Below are positions 1 through 12,134 of a stretch of 64,000 nt of DNA, one piece after another (the first letter of the stretch is position 1; each line of letters starts with the position of its first letter). The stretch comes from Octopus vulgaris. Its lineage: Eukaryota. The stretch lies in NCBI GenBank assembly GCA_951406725.2, contig OX597819.1, forward strand, positions 110,236,001 to 110,300,000, given 5' to 3'. Made by a program: the position numbers and the translations under genes. The notes beneath the pieces were generated by a model. The model had not been told where the DNA came from, ran no database searches, and saw only the letters and a program-made list of their open reading frames with translations.

Positions 1-280
1 CATGCAACTGAAGAGAAAGGGAATTGGTGGGTGAAGAGGTGAGGGTTTATATCTATTGTGGGTTGAGGGTTGTGATATTTGGGGAGATATACAGCTCTCG
101 TGATGGCGACTTAATCATCATCATCGTCGTCCTCGTCTTCGTCGCCGTCGTTGACTTCACCCGCATCGTCCTCTTCACCATCATAATATGCGTCTACCTC
201 ACTATAACCAGTCAATCAGTCAATCAATCAATAAATCAATCAATCAATCAATCAATCAGTTTGTCTGTCTGATTGCCTAC

Positions 281-413
<133 letters not shown>

Positions 414-492
414 AGTCTGTCCAGTTCCTCTTTTTCTTTCTTTGTCCTGCGTATAAATGTATGTGTGTGTGCATATATTATATATACATGTG

Positions 493-528
<36 letters not shown>

Positions 529-744
529 ACTCAAATCTGCTTGTCTCTCTATCCACCCCTTCATCTCTCTATCTGCATTGATCGAGCAATACGTGTAACC
601 AGCCAACCTATCTTCTGGACCACTCGGCCATACCGCCTCAACCACAGAATTGGGGTAAAGAAATAAGAAACAATAAAATGAGAACAAAAAGAGAGCAAAA
701 AATGAAGTTAGATTGAAAAAAGATAAAAATTCCTAAACTCTTAC

Positions 745-857
745 TTCTTCTCCAGGGTTGGTCGGGTGATGAAGAGGAAATTGGGAAATAAGAAGAGATA
801 GCATAAGTATCTTTTATGGTCCAACAGATGGACAGCATAACCAGACTTGACCAGTGC
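745..857 (-). CDS. DH-PH gene exon, start of PH domain (ALVKSGYAVHLLDHKRYLCYLFLFPNFLFITRPTLEK)
   Basis: Acceptor cttttcgatctag, donor AA|GTAAGA, phase 2; 'LVKxG...R..xLFLF..xL.IT' PH strands typical of DH-PH proteins, most like BCR/ABR. Confidence 0.85.
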
Positions 858-981
858 CTAGATCGAAAAGAATAATACACATCATTTGAGAAACACATAA
901 TGGGAAAGTGGGGGCGATGAGGGAGAGTGAATGGTGTATGTGTGTGTATATCTGTGTGTGCGTGTGTGTATGAATGTATGT

Positions 982-1205
982 CCACGGGCATATGGCGTAA
1001 TGGTTAAGAGCGCGGGCTACTAACCCCAAGATTCCGAGTTCAATAATGATAATAACACCAGCAATAGATATCTTGGGAATGAGAACCCAGGTTGTGTTCA
1101 AAATTCTACCAGGACACCTGATGATGGCTGAAGAATAAAACAGCCGAAATGTTGTGGTAACAACAAACAAGATGAGGACACACATCCGTCCATTATAAAT
1201 AATTC
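982..1205 (+). mobile_element. Solo tRNA-head + hammerhead element (pLTR-derived, SINE-like)
   Basis: Homologous to 16837-17099; A box TGGCGTAATGG, partial B box GAGTTCAAT; CTGATGA-TGGCTG..CAGCC-GAAA at 1118-1149. Confidence 0.8.
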
Positions 1206-1239
1206 TTGGGGCTTGTTTTAGCAACATGTAAGTCATCCG

Positions 1240-1810
1240 TTGGAGAGTGTATCAAACGGTATGACCAACTCCTAAGTGACTTGGATGGTGCTCTGATGCA
1301 ACAATACACTAATGCATTGAAGATCAGCACAAACTTGTACCGGTTTATTTTATACAAGATGAGTAAGAAATAACAATAGAAGACCGTAAGTAAATGCACA
1401 AACTTCTGCATGCATAGTACTATTGGTTGAATGGTGCAAGTCAGTTTGAAGAAAGTACTGCTATTCTCACGCTATGTCGCAATAAAGATGCAGTACTCTT
1501 ACCCTATGGCAATGTCTGATTTGACAAAAAAAGTTCTGATAGCTGAGCTGGCGGTACCTTGCGAAGGTAATGAATAGGAATATGAAACGAAAGCATTAAA
1601 AATATGAAAGATATAGGAGAATCGTATTAGACACGAGGATGGCAATGTACGTCTTTTCCAGGAGAAGTGATATATTGGTTAGATCCACTATGCTCTGCTA
1701 GGTTTGAACTGGACTTGGGAGATAGAGAAAAGATGTGATTCGTGAACTGTAGAAGATAGTAGAAAATACTTTATGCTGGATATATCAGGATAAAATTAAA
1801 ATGCAGCAGT
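1240..1810 (+). mobile_element. Decayed Hero/R2-type restriction-like endonuclease 3' fragment
   Basis: KKVLIAELAVPCEGN and GWQCTSFPGEV resemble the RLE motifs ELTVPWE and GW..PVEVG. Confidence 0.55.
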
Positions 1811-2035
1811 TGTTGTTTATCCGAAGGTGAGCTCCGACAGACCAGATCTATTATTATTAAAGGCGTTGCAGCTGTGACAGGCCTATCTTAATTTCAGCTT
1901 AACATGTCTTCGTTAGCAATATTCTAAGTGCCCTTTCGTTAGCCATCGTATTGTATTTGTGAAAGATTTTGATTGGCTGCTGTTTCTAGCGTGTCGTATT
2001 TTAGATTGCTACTGAAAGATGTGAAAATTACGTAC

Positions 2036-2140
2036 ATAATTAGGCATTCTCGTGATGTTGTCTGTCGGTTTCAGGTATTCTAGAACCTTCCTCAGACTGG
2101 CATTATCTTCGTGATGCTGTGGCGTATACTTGATCAATTC
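2036..2140 (-). CDS. DH-PH gene exon, end of DH domain (ELIKYTPQHHEDNASLRKVLEYLKPTDNITRMPNY)
   Basis: Acceptor tttctttgtcacattcag, donor TAT|GTACGT; 105 nt, phase 0/0; classic Dbl-homology 'ELLKxTPxxHxD...L..AL' motif. Confidence 0.88.
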
Positions 2141-2688
2141 CTGAATGTGACAAAGAAACAGGAGAAAATATCACATGCAGTCAATCAGCGTATTGCGAGT
2201 AAACATCTGAGTACTAACGAGAAGTGAGGCAAGGATGCATCTTCGACTATCATTAATGGTTATATATTCTGGATATCTATGTGAGCATACGTGTGTGCGT
2301 AAGAATGTGTGCATGCGTGTGTATATGTGTGTGTGTATTCATAACGATGCATTAAAATATCAATTTCATCCAAGGATAATTACTGTTGCTACTGTATATA
2401 TGTGTGTGTGCTCTCATGTGTTTATTCCTTCCCTGCCTGAGGTTACCGTGGTCTTTTCCGTAGGCTTTTCTTTCCACGGACAAACATAATCTTGCTTCTA
2501 CATTTTAAAAATTCTTCTGTGATACACGATCCCTTTTGATCGTCTTTTTTTTCCTCGAGCCCTTTTGATCGGACTTTTACTTTTTTTTCCACTTTTTTCC
2601 CTCTTTTTCTTTTTAATTTTCGAAAAGAAAAGCTCTACATTTGTATTTGTCCCCTCTGTGTTCAGCCCTGTGTGGCCAATAAAGGAAG

Positions 2689-2798
<110 letters not shown>

Positions 2799-2832
2799 AT
2801 ACATACATATACGTAAATATACGTAAATGTGA

Positions 2833-2932
<100 letters not shown>

Positions 2933-3059
2933 GTACATATATGCATGTGTATAAATATATATATACATATATATGTGTGTGTGCATGCATATACAGGTTC
3001 TTTACTGTTTTGCTCACACGTGCTTTCCACAGCTGCGATAAATAAGGGCGCCCTCTTGT

Positions 3060-3780
3060 TCACCTGGACCGCATGTTGTCCAGAAATAGCTCCCTACATG
3101 CAGAAATACATCTACGCATTCAAAAAGTATCTGTAGCATTTGAGAAGTTTGGAAAGAGAGTCTGGGCAAATCGCAACATCACCAACGAAAGCAAGGTGAG
3201 CGCTTACAAGGCTTGTGTACCAATGGTTCTATTGTATTCTTCTGAAACATGGACAGTGCACCGTAAGCATCTCAAGCTGCTTCGGTGCATTTATCCAAAG
3301 TGTTTGAGACACGCTCACCGTCATGTGGCAAAGTAAAACAACTGACGCAGAAGTCCTTGTAAAGGCAGGTTGCACATGCATCCAGTCATTCATCATATCT
3401 ACACAAATGCGTTGGACAGGTCATTCTGTGCGTATGGAAGATAATAGGATTCCAAACCATCTGTTCTACGGTGAGCTGTGCACTGGAAAACGTCCTTGGC
3501 ACGAACAACGATAAAGGTACAAAGACTGCATAGACGGCAATCCGAAGAAACTTCAAATTTATGTAAAGAACTGGGAAGAACTAGCTTTGGGAAAAGCTGA
3601 GTGGAGGAAGCATGTAAGGGAAGTTTGAAAAACTTTCGAGGGGGGGGGGTCGCCTTGAGCATGAAAGGCTTCAGAAGGGCTATCATTAGAACCTCGATGA
3701 GGACACAAAGCGCTGTGAAATGTGTGGTCGTATACTCTTTCCTAAGGCTGGGTATGTCAACCATTTGATGTCCCATGAAA
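3060..3780 (+). mobile_element. RTE/BovB-like LINE 3' fragment
   Basis: [13 protein letters not shown]...KVSAYKACV..LLYSSETWT and QMRWTGHSVRMEDNRIPNHLFYGEL. Confidence 0.85.
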
Positions 3781-4248
3781 GATCAACTATATGAAACGTC
3801 CTTCTTGCTAGACTTGGTGATTTGACGTGAAGTGTGTGAAAAGGCTTGCGAGTCGATTTGGAGTTTGAAGAGATATACGATGGTTCACAGAAATAATGTC
3901 TCACAAAGTGACCCGACCAATCAAGTGGCAGTCTCAACTTTCATCTCTCACTTATGCTACAAACCACGTAGATCCAAATCTGCAGGGGGGTTGGGAGCTG
4001 AATAATCATCTAAGAGGTCATAAACGAAAGACCGGAAATGCCACTGACAACGAAGAAGATGTGGGAGATGTACCTTGAGCGAAATTTGGCTGCTATGTCT
4101 AGGAAGTCAATTGGATAATGTAGAGTCTTCCTTGTTATGCGGATATGGAAGGAAGGAGAGTCATTTATCTCTCATCTCCGGTTCTAGCAGTAGTCTCCTG
4201 CATGTGATTATCAGATAAGGTTGGGTTGATGTCAATAACAATACTTAC

Positions 4249-4301
4249 TCTAACTTCGTAGTAAACTCTGTAGCGCAGCCATTCTGGGTGCTGAAGCATC
4301 A
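4249..4301 (-). CDS. DH-PH gene 53-nt exon (LMLQHPEWLRYRVYYEVR)
   Basis: Acceptor tctctttactttaag, donor AGA|GTAAGT; supplies the required phase 1 to 0 bridge. Confidence 0.6.
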
Positions 4302-4482
4302 CTTAAAGTAAAGAGACAAATAAATCCATTAGATTAGTAATAAATTTACAAGCAGTAAAACAAAAATCACCATCTTCAGTATCATCAATAACAGAAGTAA
4401 CAAGAATTAATATGAGTAATTAATTTTATGTTATTTGTGTTATTTTTGTAGTGGTGGTGGAGTAGTTTCCCTGGATACTTAC

Positions 4483-4548
4483 AGGGTTCCGAAACTGGCG
4501 GTTGAGAAGAAAAAAAGGGTTCTATAAACCGGAAACATGATCCAAATG
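4483..4548 (-). CDS. DH-PH gene 66-nt symmetric exon (AFGSCFRFIEPFFSSQPPVSEP)
   Basis: Acceptor ttgttgcaag, donor CCT|GTAAGT; phase 1/1 and skippable. Confidence 0.5.
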
Positions 4549-4900
4549 CTTGCAACAAAATAAACTTTTCCAAAGGCTTTCATGATACCAAGCAGGGGTG
4601 TTAAGCCGCTCGATGAGTTAAACCTCCCACCTAAATAGGCCTTAGCGGGATTTGAACTCAGAACGCAAACATATACTGCAAGGCGTCCGCTCTGATGCTC
4701 TTACAGTTCTGCCAATCCACCAAAGGTACGCAAACGCTCTAATGAAACAATTACTATATCATTCTATCTTTCGTTAGTTTCTATCTATCGCTTTCATGGT
4801 AAAACTTCAACAACTTATCTCTGTTTCTTTTTATACTGTGGTAGTTCTCACACGCTAATTTTCTACCAGTAACTACACAGATGCATCACGATCTCTCTCT

Positions 4901-4944
<44 letters not shown>

Positions 4945-4949
4945 GATAT

Positions 4950-4986
<37 letters not shown>

Positions 4987-5333
4987 CATATATATACATA
5001 TATAAAATCCATTCTGTCTGTGTGTGTGCGCAAAAAAAGCCGACTGGCTTGAAATAATGCCACAAAATGCAGTATATTTAAGAGACCAAAAAGGATACAA
5101 AAGAGATATTTTCTTCAAACTTGGCATGAAGGAAGGAAAGACTATTTGATTTCTTTGGAATAGAAAAAAAGCCTGTCTTTATTTCTTCTTTTGCTGGTGT
5201 CTCAAATTTAGGTTAAATCAGTGTTTCTCAAAGAGGAGGCTTATGGGAGGCCCGGACAAGTTGTTTTGAGAAAATTTGGTTTAAATGTTTGACAACTCAG
5301 CACCGTCCATTGAACGAGGAGTGCGTTTTGCTC

Positions 5334-5534
<201 letters not shown>

Positions 5535-5668
5535 AAATGAATTATCTTGTTACGGATTATTCAAAAGATAACCGATACCTGGGTAGCAAAAATCACAACA
5601 GAAAAATCACGGTTGAGGTTACGACCATGGGGTCTCAAACCCGTGCCTTAGTGCGGAAATTTGAAGTT

Positions 5669-5923
5669 TATATATTTAGTGTAGGAAGAAATGGAGCTGA
5701 ACGAAGATTTAACAAAATTCCTTTTTATTATTTTCTACATATGTTTCAAAGGCTACAAAGTCCCTAATTCGGATTGAATAAGGAGACCATTTTGCAGCCT
5801 TCTCTTCAGGAATGGTCTTCTTATTCAATCCGAATTAGGGACTTTGCAGCTTTTGAAACATATGTAGAAAATAATAAAAAGGAATTTTGTTAAATCTTCG
5901 TTCAGCTCCATTTCTTCCTACAC

Positions 5924-5933
<10 letters not shown>
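5669..5933. mobile_element. Fold-back element (about 120-bp near-perfect arms) containing a hammerhead core on - (5809-5736)
   Basis: Arms are reverse complements; minus strand CTGAAGA, 12-bp stem II, GAAA-CATATG-TA; adjacent to (TA)n. Confidence 0.8.
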
Positions 5934-6005
<72 letters not shown>

Positions 6006-6290
6006 TGTATGTATGTATGTATGTATGTATGTGCACGTGTTTCTGTTTATATACGTATAAGTGTGTACGTGTTTCTGTTTTGTCTCTACACCACTTGACA
6101 AACGGTGTTGGTTTCTTTTTTACGTCCTCATAACTCAGTTGTTTGGCAAAAGAGCCCGATAAAATAAGCGTCAGACTTTAAAAGCCACAGACACTTGGGT
6201 GGATTGTGCCTTAAATTGACTACTGTCCAATGACTGAAACAAGATAAAAATACAGATATTGAAGCGAATAGAGTAGCAGTATTCACATAC

Positions 6291-6321
6291 CTGAGAACGG
6301 GTCATAAGGTTTTAGTACAAG
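6291..6321 (-). CDS. DH-PH gene 31-nt exon (LVLKPYDPFS)
   Basis: Branch point CACTAAC, polypyrimidine tract and ctacag acceptor; donor G|GTATGT, phase 1; LxxKP resembles the DH CR3 motif. Confidence 0.7.
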
Positions 6322-6390
6322 CTGTAGATGAGAATAAAAAGAAGAAAGGGCGTTAGTGTTTGTGTGGAATAATATACAATATAGACAAAC

Positions 6391-6480
6391 ATGGCAAAGT
6401 TCATTTTGGAAGCGCACGGCGTGGATCTTCGGGCAAGTGTTGTCCACATTAGTTTCGGAAATTATGCTGAAGCCCATCGA
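6391..6480 (-). CDS. DH-PH gene exon (SMGFSIISETNVDNTCPKIHAVRFQNELCH)
   Basis: Acceptor aaaccag, donor CAT|GTTTGT; only the phase-0 frame is open. Confidence 0.65.
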
Positions 6481-6542
6481 CTGGTTTTGAATATACATGT
6501 ATATTTGCATAGGATGGCCGAACAGTATCAGTTCACAGAGTC

Positions 6543-6592
<50 letters not shown>

Positions 6593-7345
6593 ACACACAC
6601 ATGTATGCATACATACATATACACATACACACATGCATGTATACATACGTACATACATGCGTGCATATATGTGTGTGAATGTATGTATGTATGTATGTAT
6701 ATGTGTGTGTGTATATGAGCTCATCTCTCAGCGCTTGGTGAGCGGCATTGGTTTGTTTATGACCCTGTAACTTGACACTACGCCAAAACAAACTACCAGT
6801 ATAAATATCAAACATAAAATGAACACTGGGGTCGAATTGTTTGACGACACAAATCAAAGCAGTGCCCCAGCGTGGCCGCAGTCCAATGATTGAAAGAAAT
6901 AAATCTATTTATTTATGCGCCCATTTCAAGTCTAGCCACCGGTTTCCCGGTTTCTATGGCGTATGTGTCCCCACTCCCCAGTTGGACGGGACGCCAGTCC
7001 ATCGCTGCGTTACTCAAGAAATAGGAAGAGAAAGTAAGAGAAAGAGTACAACAGGAGTCGCCACCACCCCCTACCGGAGCCTCGTGAAGCTTTAGGTATT
7101 TTCGCTCAATAAACACACACAACGCCCGGCCTGGGAATCGAAACTGCGATCCTCCGACCGCGAATCCGCTGCCCTAACCACTGGGCCATTCCGCCTCAAC
7201 GAAAGAAAAAAAAAAAAAAAAACAATGTCTCAAAGAGATAAAGCCATTTGTTGACAATTCGCTTTATGAAATGCCTACTGCCTACCCTGAATATTTACTT
7301 ACGGCAAATGCCTCGATGAGCTGTAACGCGAAACTAACTACAAAC

Positions 7346-7453
7346 CAGATTCAACATGTTGTCGACTTGTTCTACGCCACCGTTCTTTTCAATATGTGCC
7401 TTGATTTTAACCATGTTCTTCATGTATGATTCAAATTTGGGAAGTTCAGAGAT
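7346..7453 (-). CDS. DH-PH gene exon (ISELPKFESYMKNMVKIKAHIEKNGGVEQVDNMLNL)
   Basis: Acceptor tttgatttctag, donor CTG|GTTTGT; 108 nt, phase 0/0; DH 'L..Y..Y..N' pattern; not in ORF track. Confidence 0.75.
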
Positions 7454-7544
7454 CTAGAAATCAAAAATGTCATCATCATTAGCGCCATCATCATCATCAT
7501 CAACAACAACATTATGACCACCACCACCACCACCACCACATATA

Positions 7545-8064
7545 CCGTAAATCCTCGAGTACAATCCGCATTTTTTCCCAAAATCTGAAGGTCAAAATTA
7601 CCCTAGTGTGCACTATATACGAGGTTGAAAATGAAAATTATTTTCTAAGCAATGTCCGAGTCTCTATTTGCTGTCTGGCAATGTTTATTCAGACGCATTT
7701 TGTGATGTCGGGCGCGAAAATACCTTAAGCTAAGCCTGAAGCAATGAAGTCATAAAAGAATCATCCATAACTTGCAATAAGCAACCTTTATTAAACGTTA
7801 TTACTGTAATTACTGTTATTTCTTTATTTTCTGCAAACAAAATGCACAAAAAAGCTACACGTTTTCATTATGTTATATATACAATAATAATAAAGGACGT
7901 TACCGTATACATTTTTACAAACCAAGTACGTTATATAGACCTCCTTGATTCAAGTTAGAGAAAGGGTTGTATTATACACAAGGTTTAGGTTTTTCAGAGG
8001 TACAGCCTCCTAAAAAGCCCCTGCGTATTATACTCAAGGGCGGACTATACTCGGGGATTTACGG
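7545..8064. mobile_element. Tc2/pogo-type MITE
   Basis: TA-CCGTAAATCCTCGAGTA ... TACTCGGGGATTTACGG-TA. Confidence 0.8.
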
Positions 8065-8093
8065 TACTCGCATTAATATTTCGTTATACTTAC

Positions 8094-8282
8094 GAGCTTG
8101 TCATAGGGAGGACACATTATCGGATCAGATAAATCACGCTCGATGGCTTCCGATAAGTTTGCCATGAATTCTCGTGTTGGCGGTATCACTTCATTCACAA
8201 TCTCATAGATAGCCTTGATTGACCCCGAATCCAATATTTTTTCTTCTTTTGATTTCGCTTGCTTTTCCAGAATCTCTCTCAC
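8094..8282 (-). CDS. DH-PH gene exon (VREILEKQ...ILDSGSIKAIYEIVNEVIPPTREFMANL...PYDKL)
   Basis: Acceptor acaccag, donor CTC|GTAAGT; 189 nt, phase 0/0; aligns by eye to the DH 'L..xxIxxIFxxVxE..xxH.EF...L' segment. Confidence 0.85.
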
Positions 8283-8623
8283 CTGGTGTCATATAAAACA
8301 AATAACTTACTTTTAAACACACCATCACAGTCTTCAACAATTCAAGCACAAGCCATCGTCGTATTAGAAACAACAGGTAAAGCTCCCTCAAATCACATCT
8401 CACTGTCTAAGAGGAACATATCTTATAACGTATTTCTATGTGCACCGATGGGATGGTCACATCTGGACTGGCTTTGCTTTTAGAAATACCATGCTTTCTT
8501 TACAAAAACACAGAATGATCAAAGAAATGTCATCAAATACCGCTATATACACACATACCCGTACATGCATACACACACACACTCACACTCACACACACAC
8601 ACACATGCACAAACACACACACA

Positions 8624-8704
<81 letters not shown>

Positions 8705-9921
8705 CAAATGTTTCCACAACTGCTGTTGATGTTCGTTCTTGAAACACAACAATAAACATTTAGACAACAAACCGTTGTTTTCGCTTTGTTTATTCATCCC
8801 CAACTCACCTTACTTCGTTTACATCATATATCAGTTTCAAATATTGACACAAGGCCAGCAATTTCGGACAGGGGTTAAGTCGATCACATCGACCCCAGTT
8901 TTCAACTGGTACTTATTTCATCGACCCCGAAAGGATGAAAACCGAAGCCAAACCCGGCAGAACTTGAACTCAAAGTAAAGGCGGACGAAATGTAGGAAAG
9001 GATTTTTGCGCAGCGCATTAACAAATCCGCTATCTCGCCACCTGTGGTCACATCATATATTAGTTTCAAATACTGGCACAAAGCCAGCAATGTCGGGAGA
9101 GGGGTTAAGTCGATCACATCGACCTCAGTGCTCAACTTGTTTTGTCGTCCCCGAAAGGATAAAGGGCAAAGTCAAACCCGGCGAACGAAATGCGGCTAAG
9201 CATTTCCCCAGCGCAATAAAGATTCTTATTTCTTTACTACCCACAAGGGGCTAAAAACAGAGGGGACAAACAAGGACAGACAAACGGATTAAGTCGATTA
9301 TATCGACCCCAGTGCGTAACTGGTACTTATTTAATCGACCCCGAAAGGATGAAAGGCAAAGTCGACCTCGGCGGAATTTGAACTCAGAACGTAGCGGCAA
9401 ACGAAATATTGGTAAGCATTTCGCCCGGCGCGCTAACGTTTCTGCCAGGTCGCCGCCTTAAAGATTCTGTCAGTTCGCCGCTTTCAGTCACATCATATTT
9501 TGACACCAGTATAACATTGTAAAAGGTAAAGAGGTAAGGGGTAAAGACCCCTTTCGGCCATGAATGACCATGGGATTGCATCAAGGAAATTGCCCCCCGA
9601 GGCTCAAGTCTAGGCAAGGTTGTTTATGGAAGACCAGCAATCAACCATGCATAACAGCCTCTCTTCTCCACGTCACCGATGTTATCCAAGGGAAAGATAA
9701 AGGCCGATACATCTTGGGGTCAGAGACGTCACAACTCATTTCTACAGCTGAATGAACTGGAGTGACGTGAAATAAACTTGCTCAAGAACACAGTACACAG
9801 CATAGTCCGGGAATCGAACGCACTCCCTCATGATTGTGAGCTCGTCGCTCTACCTACAAAGCCATGCGCCTTCACAGCACAACATTAATACGTTATTTAA
9901 CTTCTGAGGTCGAATTCTTAC

Positions 9922-10131
9922 CTCGGTGAGATTCAGTAAAGCACTGGTGGAGTTAAACTCTGTGCATGAAATTTCTCCGACGAGGATTTTCCGTAAGGTG
10001 AGCAACAGTTTCAGTTTGAAGTTGGTCAGAGCATCGTGACTGGGTGTTTCTGTCCAAACAATCGGATGGACAATATCTATTTCGGCTTCTTTCACACGAT
10101 CTTCTTGCTGCTGTTGTTCTTGTTGGGCAGC
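9922..10131 (-). CDS. DH-PH gene exon (AAQQEQQQQ...LLLTLRKILVGEISCTEFNSTSALLNLTE), start of DH domain
   Basis: Acceptor ctccacccag, donor GAG|GTAAGA; 210 nt, phase 0/0; resembles the DH first helix (..ILxxE). Confidence 0.8.
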
Positions 10132-10199
10132 CTGGGTGGAGGTAAACGAAAGGCAATTAGTGAAGGTGGACAATGCAGAGGAGGCAAGGTCTGTGCGTG

Positions 10200-10341
10200 T
10201 GAATGAGATAGCGAGAGGGATAAAAGTGAAGAGACAAAGAACAGAGAGAGAGGAGGAGAAAGAGAAAGAGAGAGAGAAAGAGAAAAGGCGAGCAGGGGGT
10301 GATAGACATTGAGAAGATCTAACGGAAAGTTTTGAGAGGAC

Positions 10342-10412
<71 letters not shown>

Positions 10413-10619
10413 GCGAGCAGGGGAAGTAGACGGAGAGAAGATTTAAGGGGAAGTTTGAGAGAAGTGGAGTGACGGGGAGAACGAGAGGGAGAGAGAGGGA
10501 GATGGATAGATAGAAAGAGGGAGAGAGAGAGAGAGAATGAGTGTGTGCATGTGGGTGTGTAAGTAAGAGAGAGAGAGAGAGTGAGAATGTATGTGTATGC
10601 GTGTGTGGGTGTGTAAGGA

Positions 10620-10650
<31 letters not shown>

Positions 10651-10723
10651 AAGACAGAAAGAAAGAGAAAAGGCGAGCAAGAGGTAATAGACATTAAGAA
10701 GTTCTGACGGAAAGTTTTGAGAG

Positions 10724-10781
<58 letters not shown>

Positions 10782-11027
10782 GAGCAAGGGAAGCAGACTG
10801 AGAGAAAATTTAAGGGGAAGTTTGAGAGAGGTGGAGTGAGGGAGAGAACGAGAGGGAGGGGGAGAGGAAGATGGATAGATAGAAAGAGGGAGAGAAAGTG
10901 AGGGAGTATGTGAGAGGAGTGATTGATGAAGGAAGAAAGAGAGGCTGCAAAGAAGGATGCTTCAGTGTCAGAAGGCGAGGTGGAATATGAAAGGGAGAGG
11001 AAGCAGGAGAGGGTAAGAACAGAAGAG

Positions 11028-11070
<43 letters not shown>

Positions 11071-11095
11071 GGCGGAGAGGAAGAGAAAAAGAAGG
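10200..11095. repeat. Polypurine (AG)n region with a duplicated unit of about 300 bp
   Basis: 10260-10530 resembles 10655-10900. Confidence 0.9.
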
Positions 11096-12134
11096 CAATG
11101 TGATCATGACCATCGCCAACATCATCACCGAGTGGAGGCGCAATGGCCCAGTGGTTAGGCAGCAGACTCGCGGTCGTAAGAACGCGGTTTCGATTTCCAG
11201 ACAGGGCATTGAGTGTTTATGGAGCAAAAGCACCTAAACTCCACGAGGCTCCGGCGTGGGGGGTGGGGGTGAACCCCGCTGTACTCTTTCATCACAACTT
11301 TCTCTCATTCTTTCTTCCTACTTCTGCCACAAAGCAGAGTAACCATAGTGTAACCCACTATGGTGTGGTAAACTTTCATACCCTAGTCTAGATTGCGAAT
11401 CCTCTGTACCCCAGGATGGTTCAGCTCGCCACCCGTTAAAAGCCACCGTTTACGGAATGAGGATCACAAAGTAGCTTTCGCGCCCGTGCAACCGACAGTC
11501 TATCGCGTGTGGTGGGTGGATCTTCAAGTTGCCACACGCACTCTTTGTAGCTTAGAGTAGGCTCGACTTAGAGATTGTTCATTGTGGCTAATGGCGTGAG
11601 TCCTGATTAGAAGAAGAAGAAGAAGAAGAAGAAGAAGAAGAAGAAGAAGAAGAAGAAGAAGAAGGAGGAGGAGGAGGAGGAGGAGGAGGGGGAGAAGAAG
11701 AAGAAGAAGAAGAAGAAGAAGAAGAAGAAGAAGAAGAAGAAGGACATCATCACCGCTCCCGGTCCACTATCGAGACAACTGGATCGCCCAACACCACTAC
11801 TACCACCACAAGCCAACCAGGGGCTCTCCAGATGGTTGCTCGACCTGCTAGAAACAGCAGCCATATTTTTCTCAAATCACACTCCCCCCTGCCTTAAATG
11901 GGGAGAAAATGCGTTACTTAATCTACTCGATGCACTTAGAAAGATGGAGTTGATCACGGGTAGAATAAGCCTTCTTGGTCTGGACTGGTTCTAGAGCTAA
12001 ATAACAAGTCCCCCCACACACACACACACTGAGCATTACTTTAGCAATAAACACTGCTTCACCCCACCACCCGTACCAATAATATTAGCAAAAACATAAA
12101 ATGTACAGCCATCATCATAACCTCGAGTATTAAC

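Noticed and set aside
7334-7336. A-to-I recoding of UAG to UGG to extend the exon
   Set aside because: The extended exon would end in phase 1, and the next two exons have stops in that frame.
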